46,583 nucleotides of DNA from Clostridia bacterium (GTDB lineage: Bacteria > Bacillota > Clostridia > DUPQ01): the NCBI GenBank assembly GCA_030592085.1, contig JAUUZV010000002.1, positions 1 through 46,583 of the forward strand, given 5' to 3'. Below are positions 36,137 to 44,818 of the stretch, in pieces. The notes under the pieces were generated by a model that was given only the letters and a program-made list of their open reading frames with translations, made no database searches and was not told the origin of the DNA. Each line of letters begins with the position of its first letter. Position 1 is the stretch's first letter. Both the position numbers and the translations under genes were made by a program.

Positions 36137-37180
36137 TTATAACTTCACATACTCATTATTCTTTGATGAAGCATATGCTGCTTCAATAACACGTTGTATT
36201 TGAATTCCATCTGTTGCTGGAACTTCAACTTTTGTGTCTTTTAAAATCGATAGGCTAAAACTATCAATTTCTTTGGCATACATATTTCCAAATTCAACAT
36301 CAATATGTCTAGTCCTATTTTCACTTCTATCTTGTGTGGCATCATATTCTTTTGTATCATCTGAAAAAGTAACTTCAAGTGAACCTGTTTCAATTTGTGA
36401 AATAGTTCCTTCTGCTAATAAACTTCCTTTAGTTCCATAAAATTCTAATCTACATTTTGCTGCATCATCTGGAATATTAAAATTTGATTCCACATGACAT
36501 ATTGCACCATTTTCAAGTTCAACTAAAAAGGCACCTGAGTCTTCTACTTCATAATCAAAGGTCAATGTATTTGTAAGACCAGCTACTCGTTTACTTTTAT
36601 AACCTGTAATATATTGTATTAAATCTAAACAATGAACACCCATATCCATTAAAGCTCCACCACCTGATGTATTATAACTCTGTCTCCAATTTCCTGGCAT
36701 ATCAGGATACCAACATGTTAACTGTGCCCTTGCAGATACGATGTTTCCAATTTTTCCCTCTTGTACAAGCTGTTTCATTTTTTGATGATATGCGTGAAAC
36801 CTCATCATAAAACCTGTTGCTAGTTTCACGTTTTTTAATTGGCAATAATTAATTACTTCTATTCCTTCTTTTACTGTAAGACAAATAGGTTTTTCAAGTA
36901 ATATGTGTTTTCTAGCATTTGCAGCTTTTATTGCCTGTTCTTTATGATAAATAACTGGAGATGCAATATATACTGCATCAATTTCTTTATCGGCTAATAA
37001 GTCATCAATATTATCAAATGCTTTTTTTGCATTAAATTGTTCTTTAATCTCATTAGCTAAGGTCATATTAACTTCCATAACACTAATTAATTCAGCATTC
37101 TCTGATAATAAGATACCTGGAATAGTTCGCCTTCTAGCAATACCACCTGCTCCAATAACTCCCCATTTTACTTTATCCAT
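36137..37180 (-). CDS. Gfo/Idh/MocA-family NAD(P)-dependent oxidoreductase
   Basis: KWGVIGAGGIARRR Rossmann motif and HILLEKPI (EKP motif). I prefer the ATG at 37180 (GGAGAG 8 nt upstream) over 37195. Confidence 0.85.
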   Translation of the reverse strand: MDKVKWGVIGAGGIARRRTIPGILLSENAELISVMEVNMTLANEIKEQFNAKKAFDNIDDLLADKEIDAVYIASPVIYHKEQAIKAANARKHILLEKPICLTVKEGIEVINYCQLKNVKLATGFMMRFHAYHQKMKQLVQEGKIGNIVSARAQLTCWYPDMPGNWRQSYNTSGGGALMDMGVHCLDLIQYITGYKSKRVAGLTNTLTFDYEVEDSGAFLVELENGAICHVESNFNIPDDAAKCRLEFYGTKGSLLAEGTISQIETGSLEVTFSDDTKEYDATQDRSENRTRHIDVEFGNMYAKEIDSFSLSILKDTKVEVPATDGIQIQRVIEAAYASSKNNEYVKL

Positions 37181-38255
37181 GATAAATCTCTCCATTTTCT
37201 ATAACGTGATAAACTTCACCTTTTTCACTCATTATCACAATATTAGCTTTTTTTTCTTTTTTTATGCTTCCAAGTCTTTCGTCTACTCCTAATAATCTAG
37301 CTGGATTTAGTGTTGCCATTTTAACTGCCTGTGGCCATGTAATACCTGTGTGTTTAACCATGTTACATACAGCTAAATTAACACTCATCATAGACCCTGA
37401 AAGTTGTCCTAATTCATTATAGTTTAAATCTCCATCGCTATAATCATCTTTAGTACCAATAGCATCAGATATTAGAATAACTTTATCTTCACCCATTGCT
37501 CTAAAAGTTACTTTTAAAAGCAAGTCAGATACATGAACCCCTTTATTATCTGCAATAAGCTCTGCATATAAATTCTCATCAGCAAGCACGGCCTCTGCTG
37601 TACCTGTTTCATGAATATCCTTACAAGCTCTCTCTTTTGGTCCCATACCATCATATAAGTGACAAATTAATTGTATGTCTTTTAATTGCTCCTTAGTGCA
37701 ACCTGTATGGCCAGCACATGGAATCACTTCTGGTTTTGTTAATAAGAAATCAATAAATTCTCTGGAATTATCAATATCAGGTGAAATCATCCAAATTTTT
37801 ATTTTTCCTTGACCAGCTTTGTATATAGCTTCATATTCATCTTTATCTACACTTCTTACATTTCTTGTATCTGCTCCATATTCTTTATTAACAAAAGGTC
37901 CTTCGCAATTAATTCCTAGAATTGCATCATCTTTTACTTTAACAATCTTTTTTACTCCCTCTTCAAACAAATCTCTTGGCATGTTATATCCAATTGTTGG
38001 ACAAATACCTAAAGTTCCTCGTTTTTTATGACCTTTTAATGCAGTAATAGGATCATAAGCAAATAATTGTCCTTGCCCACCATGACAATGAATATCAATA
38101 AATCCTGGAGTAACTAATTGTCCTTTTGCATCAATTACTTCACCTTTAAAAACTTTATCTTTTGAAATTGTTTGAATCAATCCATTCTTTAAGTATAAAT
38201 TACCAACAATTATTTTATCTTCTAATACAATTCTGCCATTAATTACATTCAGCAT
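37173..38255 (-). CDS. N-acetylglucosamine-6-phosphate deacetylase (NagA)-like amidohydrolase
   Basis: All NagA landmarks are present: [34 protein letters not shown]. Confidence 0.8.
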   Translation of the reverse strand: MLNVINGRIVLEDKIIVGNLYLKNGLIQTISKDKVFKGEVIDAKGQLVTPGFIDIHCHGGQGQLFAYDPITALKGHKKRGTLGICPTIGYNMPRDLFEEGVKKIVKVKDDAILGINCEGPFVNKEYGADTRNVRSVDKDEYEAIYKAGQGKIKIWMISPDIDNSREFIDFLLTKPEVIPCAGHTGCTKEQLKDIQLICHLYDGMGPKERACKDIHETGTAEAVLADENLYAELIADNKGVHVSDLLLKVTFRAMGEDKVILISDAIGTKDDYSDGDLNYNELGQLSGSMMSVNLAVCNMVKHTGITWPQAVKMATLNPARLLGVDERLGSIKKEKKANIVIMSEKGEVYHVIENGEIYHG

Positions 38256-39189
38256 GGAGTGGCCCCGCTAATTCTTTTAAGAAAAACAATTTTCCTGGAA
38301 GTGTTGGCATAAAGGTTGAAGGTATCCACATATCGGGGCCATATCTTAACGTCATCCAAAAAGACATACCCTGCCACATCATTCCTCTTCCTAGTGTGCC
38401 ATCACATCCACCAATTATTTTGTCAGATTGCAAAAATAATCCTGGTCCAATTGTATTTGCTCTACAAGGAACTAGTGATGTTCTGCTTTTAAAACTTGTA
38501 ATAGCATTTTGCTCAATCGTTAAAGGATGTAACATTGCACCAATTCTATGTGTTTGTTTTTTCCACTCTTCCACACTGTCAAACTCACTTGCAAATTGAG
38601 GTTCCCAGAAAGCAATATGGCACATTCTTCCAATCCCAAATACTGTCACCAATTTAGCACCTTCATTTTTAAGCTTGCTTATTTTCTCAGCATAAGTAGG
38701 CAAATTATCTTTTGTTGCAAAATTTCGATGACTAACTGGAACTGTTAAATCTCCAAGTGGTCCATAAAAAGCATCAATCATTGCATTTTGAAAAGAGGCT
38801 GGATCATCTGATTCTAATGTATTTCCATCACTATCAGACCATTCATCCATGTTAAATCCATATACGTGTTTAGCATCAACTTGCCATTCTGTTAGAAAAT
38901 AGACAGCCCATTTGTACATACCCATGGGTCCAACTGGTAGAATCATTGCTAGTTTTTGATTATTCTCTCCAGTTGCTTTTATCTCCATTGCAATTTCATG
39001 ACCCATCATCATGTCAAAATCATGAATAGACTCACACATTACTGGTGTGAATTCATCATTCCAAAAAGATTGTCTTTCTAAGACATTTGCAGGATCGATT
39101 GAACAGCATTTGTCAATTTTTTCAAAGTTCCATCCTTTAGGGTAAAACCCTTCTAGTAATGAACCTTTCACAGTATTAATAAAATTCAT
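38239..39189 (-). CDS. Divergent glucosamine-6-phosphate deaminase/isomerase (NagB)-superfamily protein
   Basis: [20 protein letters not shown] and [13 protein letters not shown] parallel the NagB motifs (LPTGxTP, NLDEY, GIGxNGHIAFNEP). I prefer the ATG at 39189 (GGAG 8 nt upstream); the track start at 39267 runs into the upstream gene. Confidence 0.65.
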   Translation of the reverse strand: MNFINTVKGSLLEGFYPKGWNFEKIDKCCSIDPANVLERQSFWNDEFTPVMCESIHDFDMMMGHEIAMEIKATGENNQKLAMILPVGPMGMYKWAVYFLTEWQVDAKHVYGFNMDEWSDSDGNTLESDDPASFQNAMIDAFYGPLGDLTVPVSHRNFATKDNLPTYAEKISKLKNEGAKLVTVFGIGRMCHIAFWEPQFASEFDSVEEWKKQTHRIGAMLHPLTIEQNAITSFKSRTSLVPCRANTIGPGLFLQSDKIIGGCDGTLGRGMMWQGMSFWMTLRYGPDMWIPSTFMPTLPGKLFFLKELAGPLHAECN

Positions 39190-39202
39190 ATATTTTACTC
39201 CT

Positions 39203-39907
39203 TTATGGTAATAATCTCTTGGTTGTTCCTCGCGGCCAAGTATGACAACTTCTAAATGCTTCAGCATATGCTACATTGCATTGTAACCCTCTAAACTTAG
39301 ATACTGTTTTTGCAAAATCTAAAAAATTTATTTCATCATGATCGCTCATCCATTTTATCTGGCTCTCATGTTTGTCAAGAGCTTTAAGTTTTTTGTCAAT
39401 GTACTTTGTTATATCAACATACTCTTCTGGTTGAAAATTTATTCCTGCTAATGTGTCCATATAATATATAGGGACAATGCCAGTAGCTTTTGATTGTGTT
39501 TCATAATGGGGTACAGAGACAGAAAAAGAAGCATCAAACACTATTTGACTAGTTTGACGATGGTCTTCCATATAATCATCAGGATCATGAGTAATAATTA
39601 AATCAGGATTAACCTGTCTAATCACCTCAATCACTTTTAAAACCGTATCTTCATTAGAAGCTTTAACAAGTAAATCAGGTACATCGATTGAAAAAACTTT
39701 AATAACACCTAAAACCTTGGCAGCTTCATTTGCTTCTTTTTCTCTTATTACTCGTAATTCATCTGGTTTAATAATTGCATGGCCTTTATCACCGTTTGCA
39801 ATGTTACACATATATACTTCATGCCCTTCATCTTGATATCTAGCTAATGTACCACCACAACCAATTTCAAGATCATCAGGATGACAGCCAATGGCTAATA
39901 TTTTCAT
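39203..39907 (-). CDS. PIG-L/LmbE-family N-acetyl-amino-sugar deacetylase
   Basis: [20 protein letters not shown] and [12 protein letters not shown] are metal-binding signatures of the PIG-L family. Confidence 0.85.
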   Translation of the reverse strand: MKILAIGCHPDDLEIGCGGTLARYQDEGHEVYMCNIANGDKGHAIIKPDELRVIREKEANEAAKVLGVIKVFSIDVPDLLVKASNEDTVLKVIEVIRQVNPDLIITHDPDDYMEDHRQTSQIVFDASFSVSVPHYETQSKATGIVPIYYMDTLAGINFQPEEYVDITKYIDKKLKALDKHESQIKWMSDHDEINFLDFAKTVSKFRGLQCNVAYAEAFRSCHTWPRGTTKRLLP

Positions 39908-39919
39908 TTTCTCACCTTC

Positions 39920-41191
39920 TTATACTAAATGTTTCTGTATAACTTTTATAAAAGCATCAATACAACGTTGGATGTGAGTTTCTTCCCATGATGGATGTAA
40001 AAATAAATTAATTGTTCTATCTCTTAATGAATTTGCAACATCACAATGTACTTCGTCATATTGTACACTTTTCTTATCAGTGTATTCACGTGATTTAAAT
40101 GGGAATTTGTGTTGACCAAATCCATTTAACTCTTTGTACGCTTTTTCCATATATGCTTCTGGCCATTGGATACCATAACATGGTATTCCCATTCCTTGAA
40201 GTTCTTTAATGATTTCTGTAGCATCTACATCTAAAATATCAGTAGCTAAAATCATTGGATACCACCAATAAGCATTCTTTCTACTTTCTGTATTTACAGG
40301 TAATTTACTAATTCCTCTTTGGTTTTTAAAAGCTTTGTCATACATGTCGGCATATTTGAATCGTCTAGCTAAATTCCATTTATCAAATCTTTTTAATTCA
40401 TTTAAACCAATAATTGACTGAATTTCAGTCATCCTATAATTAAATCCCACTCTATTATGTATATAAGGTAGTTTTTCTTCTAATGCTAACATGTTCATTC
40501 TCTCTTTTACATCATAACCATGGTCTCTAAACGAACGACATTCCCAAGCTAAGTCCTCATCATTTGTTACAACCATTCCACCTTCTCCTCCAGTGGTAAA
40601 ATGTTTGCTTTGACAAAAACTAAAACAACCAGCATCTCCTATAACACCCGCTTTAACTCCATTATATTCTCCTCCAAAACATTGAGCACAATCTTCAATT
40701 ACTTTTAAATCATTTTCTCTAGCAAATTCCATAACTGGTCCCATGTCTGTCATAACTCCATATAAATGAACCACAATAATAGCTTTAGTTCTCTTTGTTA
40801 GTAGTCCTTCTAGTAATGATGGATCTAAAGTATGATCTTCTGTTACATCACAAAAAACAGGAATTGCGCCTGCTTGAACAATTGCAAATGATGAAGCAAT
40901 AAATGAATAAGATGGCACAATAACCTCGTCTCCTGGTCCTATATTCATACTAGCTAGGGCAATATGTAAAGCTGCGGTTCCATTTGTACACGACATAGCA
41001 TATTTAGCGCCGTTCCATTTTGCCCATTCTTTTTCAAACTCCATACCCTTTGGTCCTGTCCAATAATTAACTTTTCCATTTAGTATTGGTTCTTGTATGT
41101 CTTTTGCAGTTTCGCTTGCAAATTGTGGCCACATTGGGAATCCTAATTCCTCAATACCTGCCCCATTCATAACTTTCTTTTTTTCTCCCAT
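39920..41191 (-). CDS. DegT/DnrJ/EryC1/StrS-family PLP sugar aminotransferase
   Basis: 423 aa. CTNGTAALHIAL, DEVIVPSYSF, and the PLP-Lys context FSFCQSKHFTTGGEGG. Confidence 0.85.
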   Translation of the reverse strand: MGEKKKVMNGAGIEELGFPMWPQFASETAKDIQEPILNGKVNYWTGPKGMEFEKEWAKWNGAKYAMSCTNGTAALHIALASMNIGPGDEVIVPSYSFIASSFAIVQAGAIPVFCDVTEDHTLDPSLLEGLLTKRTKAIIVVHLYGVMTDMGPVMEFARENDLKVIEDCAQCFGGEYNGVKAGVIGDAGCFSFCQSKHFTTGGEGGMVVTNDEDLAWECRSFRDHGYDVKERMNMLALEEKLPYIHNRVGFNYRMTEIQSIIGLNELKRFDKWNLARRFKYADMYDKAFKNQRGISKLPVNTESRKNAYWWYPMILATDILDVDATEIIKELQGMGIPCYGIQWPEAYMEKAYKELNGFGQHKFPFKSREYTDKKSVQYDEVHCDVANSLRDRTINLFLHPSWEETHIQRCIDAFIKVIQKHLV

Positions 41192-41195
41192 GTTT

Positions 41196-41645
41196 TTATC
41201 CTCCCTTGATTTCTTTTTTAGTAACGACTAATCGGCACACTGCTTTATGGCAGTTTGATAAATCAATCATATATGTAAACCCTAAAGGTTCAAGTACTCT
41301 TCTATATAATAAATCACAATGTTCACAGTAATCTTCATATGGACTCATGTGTGATAATTGGTTAAGCATTCCTTTTGACGGACAATGATGCATGTTTATT
41401 TCAATCGTTTCACTTTCCTCATCTAAAATCATTGTAAAATCAGCAGCTTCTTCATTTAATGCTTTTTCCCAATAATCATAACATCCTCTTATTCCTTTAT
41501 CTTCAACTTGTTTTTTTAAACTATTAGTTAAGTACAAGTCTGATAGGGTTTCCCAAAACTTAACAACTTCGCGTTTACCACCTTTTTTATTTAAATATTT
41601 AAATCCCTCTGAGTAAGCTGGGATAAACTGAGTACATGAAATCAT
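41196..41645 (-). CDS. Small Cys-rich protein (possibly ATC-hydrolase-like fold), paralog of upstream ORF
   Basis: 149 aa with 7 Cys, including HHCPSKG, CEHC and CHKAVC. ATGA start/stop overlap with the upstream ORF. The family assignment is from memory of the PF14196 pattern only. Confidence 0.6.
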   Translation of the reverse strand: MISCTQFIPAYSEGFKYLNKKGGKREVVKFWETLSDLYLTNSLKKQVEDKGIRGCYDYWEKALNEEAADFTMILDEESETIEINMHHCPSKGMLNQLSHMSPYEDYCEHCDLLYRRVLEPLGFTYMIDLSNCHKAVCRLVVTKKEIKGG

Positions 41646-42112
41646 CTATTATCCCTCCTAGTAAATACATGGCTACTTTTCCCTGAGGATTTATCAAATG
41701 ATTTTAACTCATAGATAAAAGGTGTTTTTTCACAAATGCTTTGATAAACAGTTCTATATGTTTCAATATATACAGTGGAAGGGATTTTTCCTTTACTGAG
41801 TATATATGTCATACCTGGACAGCTATTTATTGAAAATTCTAATTTATCTACTGTTGCACTTATTTTTATTTCCCATTTTTCCTTTTTATACAATTCTTTA
41901 ATATATGTTTCCAGAGGCTGTATATTCCCCTTTTTTAATTGGTCAATTAATGGTTTGTGATAAACTTTTGAAAAATCATTTAAATATTCTATGACACCTT
42001 CATTTCCATAGTTCTCTAAAATATAGTCAAGTAACATATTCATTGATAAATGAAAATCTTTGTGATAATATTCATTGTCAGCTGCTCTGACATCAAGAAT
42101 CTTTAAAGCCAT
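41642..42112 (-). CDS. Small protein, Cys-depleted paralog of the downstream ORF
   Basis: 156 aa. Colinear with the next ORF: helical N-half, then E.KISATVDKLEFSINSCPGMTY against ETIEINMHHCPSKGM. It lacks the CxxC and Cx4C motifs. Confidence 0.6.
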   Translation of the reverse strand: MALKILDVRAADNEYYHKDFHLSMNMLLDYILENYGNEGVIEYLNDFSKVYHKPLIDQLKKGNIQPLETYIKELYKKEKWEIKISATVDKLEFSINSCPGMTYILSKGKIPSTVYIETYRTVYQSICEKTPFIYELKSFDKSSGKSSHVFTRRDNR

Positions 42113-42114
42113 TA

Positions 42115-43443
42115 TTATTCTCCAATAATTTTATCTTTAATATAATCTACTAAGAAATCTCCTGCTTTATATATTAATTGAGAAGACCAGGCAGTCCGTA
42201 CTTCATATCCGCCTTGTGAATATGCTTCTTCTTTTGGAATATATCCTGACTGTGAATTAGCCAATCCAATAATCATGGTATTATTTTGTTTGGTTTCTTC
42301 CTTAACTGCTAATCCAAACTCCACATAAACTTCTCCAGGAAAAGTAACAAAAGCGAAATTATCCATAAACATTCCTTGTATCACTGTCTCGTACGTTGTT
42401 TCTGTTCTCTTGTTCATAGCTAAAACCATTTTTGCATATGTTTTATCAGGAATACCATCAAACATATCTTCTTCTTTTTCTTTATCTCTAATCATTACCA
42501 TATTTGCCCATTTTATTTCTTCTTCTTTAATAGGTCGTAATGGGAGGTGTAATATTTTTGAAACAAATTTCACATTTCCTGTTACATTGATTGCTTTATC
42601 AATGTTTTCTCTAGCATATATTCCTAATTTTTTCCCAATTCTTTTAGTTTCTCTAAAATCACGCCACTGGTCTGGTTTTTCAAAATTTAAATGATTAATA
42701 TTTCCTTCTGCTCCATTTGCAAAAAGAACAACCAATTGATTCCCATAAAATTCTTTTAATTGTTTATCAAGACTATCTATATAATCTCTAGAAATTAGCC
42801 AATCTAATCCAACTAATATTGCTGGATGTAAAGTGAAGTTAACTAAAACTCCAATTAGTTGTTTCTTATCATTCCATACACTTAAAGTAATCAACTCAGG
42901 ATCTATTGGTCCAGTAGTTCCAATAATGTCATCAATAGCAAATTTTTCAAAATTCATAACAATATCACCATTTTTTCTTATTAACCTTCTGTTGAAACTT
43001 AAATCAGTAACTAATGTTTTCCCTGTTTTTAAAGTGACTTCACTAAATTCTTGTTGATTTAATTTGACTATCTCCTTTAAAACTTTTTTTTCAATTTTAT
43101 CTAAATATATATCAATAGCTTTTTCAATGCCATGATACATTCTCATACAAGTATCAGGTCCTGAATGAGTGTGAGTTGCGAACATTATAATGTTTTCAAA
43201 AGGAATATCTGTGTTATTGGAAATAACTTTTTTCATTGATGTACATGTATCATATTTTAAACCAACCACATCATATCCTAACAAACATATTTTTTTAGTA
43301 CCATCGTTTAAAATCATAACATTACAATATATGTCGTCATGAACTCCACGCACTTTATTATCGCTTCTTACATTTCCTCCCATAGGTGTTCCAATGGACG
43401 GTGTGATTTTTACTTTTCCCATAATTGCTTTCATTTTTTCCAC
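42115..43443 (-). CDS. Neutral/alkaline ceramidase N-terminal-domain-like amidohydrolase (cytoplasmic, truncated form)
   Basis: 442 aa. GKVKITPSIGTPMGG, then DDIYCNVMIL, then the FATHTHSGPD motif (ceramidase HTHxGP Zn site). No signal peptide and no C-terminal tail domain. Confidence 0.6.
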   Translation of the reverse strand: MEKMKAIMGKVKITPSIGTPMGGNVRSDNKVRGVHDDIYCNVMILNDGTKKICLLGYDVVGLKYDTCTSMKKVISNNTDIPFENIIMFATHTHSGPDTCMRMYHGIEKAIDIYLDKIEKKVLKEIVKLNQQEFSEVTLKTGKTLVTDLSFNRRLIRKNGDIVMNFEKFAIDDIIGTTGPIDPELITLSVWNDKKQLIGVLVNFTLHPAILVGLDWLISRDYIDSLDKQLKEFYGNQLVVLFANGAEGNINHLNFEKPDQWRDFRETKRIGKKLGIYARENIDKAINVTGNVKFVSKILHLPLRPIKEEEIKWANMVMIRDKEKEEDMFDGIPDKTYAKMVLAMNKRTETTYETVIQGMFMDNFAFVTFPGEVYVEFGLAVKEETKQNNTMIIGLANSQSGYIPKEEAYSQGGYEVRTAWSSQLIYKAGDFLVDYIKDKIIGE

Positions 43444-43444
43444 C

Positions 43445-44602
43445 TCATCTAATTAATATTCTATCAAGTAAGTATCTAGCCCCACCAAGTGTTACAGCGT
43501 TTTCTTCCACCTGTGATAGCAAAATTGGTAAATTCTTGTTTTGCCCTAAAGCTATATCTTTAAATATTTTTATAACCTCTGCTAGATACTTTTGTCCAAA
43601 TATAGTGATTTGTCCTCCAATAATAACTACTTCTGGATTTAATAAGTTTACTGCATTATTAATTCCATAAGCTAAGTATTTAGCATTCTTATTAACCACT
43701 ACAGTTACATCCATATATAGTTCATCATATCTGTTTTGTATTTCTTGTAAGGAATACTTTGGTAATTTTTTAGTAATAGTTGGAAAACTAGCTACTGTTT
43801 CTAAACAACCTTTTGCCCCGCACTTACAACGAGGTCCATTTATATCAACTGAAATATGTCCAAATTCTCCAGCTAAGTTGTGGGATCCACGATAAATATT
43901 TCTATTAATAATAATGCCAGCTCCAATGCCGGTATGTACATCAATATATAATAAGTTTTTAATATTTCTTATTTCTTTAACAAAAATAATCTCTGCATAA
44001 GCTGCTAGTGATGATTCATTTACTAACTCAATTTGACACAATGGATAAGCTTTTACTAATTGCTCATAAAACAAGTTGCTTTCTGTTAAAGGAATAATTG
44101 TTGAAGAAAGCACTTTCTTTTGTTGCATATCAATTAACCCCGGTGCTCCAATGGATATTCCTAATAATTTCTCTTTTGCAATATTTTCTTTTTTTAATAA
44201 TAGTTTACTGGTTGTAACTAATGAATTTCCCAATTCACCATAAACTACTAGTGGGTGAAATTGTCCACTTATTAATTGGCATTTTAAATTATATAGTCCT
44301 AAATAATATCCGTGCTGTTGTAAGTCAGCACAAATAAAGTAAGCGCCTTCTTCATTAACATCTAATAAAATGGGGCGACGTCCACTGCTTTTAACAATTT
44401 TTATTCCTATTTCTTGTACTAACCCTTTTATAAGAAGTTCATCAGTTAATGATGAAATTGTTGTGGGACTTAATTTTGTAACATTAGCAATCTGTGCTCT
44501 AGAAATACCGTCATGTTGATTAATCAACTTAAATACTAGTTTACTATTAGCTTGCTTAATTGTTTGTTGTGAAGAAAGCTTTTCTTCTTGTTTATTAAAC
44601 AT
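43445..44602 (-). CDS. ROK-family transcriptional regulator (NagC/XylR-like)
   Basis: N-terminal wHTH ISRAQIANVTKLSPTTISSLTDELLIKGLV. ROK Zn motif GHISVD...CKCGAKGCLE. First gene of the operon. Confidence 0.85.
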   Translation of the reverse strand: MFNKQEEKLSSQQTIKQANSKLVFKLINQHDGISRAQIANVTKLSPTTISSLTDELLIKGLVQEIGIKIVKSSGRRPILLDVNEEGAYFICADLQQHGYYLGLYNLKCQLISGQFHPLVVYGELGNSLVTTSKLLLKKENIAKEKLLGISIGAPGLIDMQQKKVLSSTIIPLTESNLFYEQLVKAYPLCQIELVNESSLAAYAEIIFVKEIRNIKNLLYIDVHTGIGAGIIINRNIYRGSHNLAGEFGHISVDINGPRCKCGAKGCLETVASFPTITKKLPKYSLQEIQNRYDELYMDVTVVVNKNAKYLAYGINNAVNLLNPEVVIIGGQITIFGQKYLAEVIKIFKDIALGQNKNLPILLSQVEENAVTLGGARYLLDRILIR

Positions 44603-44751
44603 AATTAATTGCTCCAGTGACTTTATTAATTAAATTGTAACATAAATAAAAAAAAACACAACAATTTCTTTCTATTAAATATCTATTTTAAATGGGGATA
44701 AAAAATAATATTAATAATTTCTTTTACTAGCAGAAAACAACGTTAAACTAC

Positions 44752-44777
44752 CAGTATCCCTAATGATAGGGATACTG
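44752..44777 (-). terminator. Hairpin downstream of the carboxypeptidase gene (probable terminator/insulator)
   Basis: Perfect 11-bp stem CAGTATCCCTA/TAGGGATACTG with a 4-nt loop. On the minus strand it is followed by a moderately U-rich tract (GUAGUUUAACGUUGUUUUC). Confidence 0.5.
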
Positions 44778-44818
44778 TGTAATTGTGCAATAATATATTT
44801 TCTAATGCTATTCTTATT

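Noticed and set aside
30207-44602. Aminoglycoside/aminocyclitol biosynthetic gene cluster (DegT + PIG-L + class-III aminotransferase + Eis-like GNAT resemble BtrS/BtrD/BtrB plus a resistance gene)
   Set aside because: I could not recognise a 2-deoxy-scyllo-inosose or inositol-phosphate synthase, a glycosyltransferase, a nucleotidyltransferase or an exporter. NagA/NagB-like enzymes, a lyase and a ROK repressor fit catabolism or salvage better. It is kept as a minority hypothesis inside the main finding.
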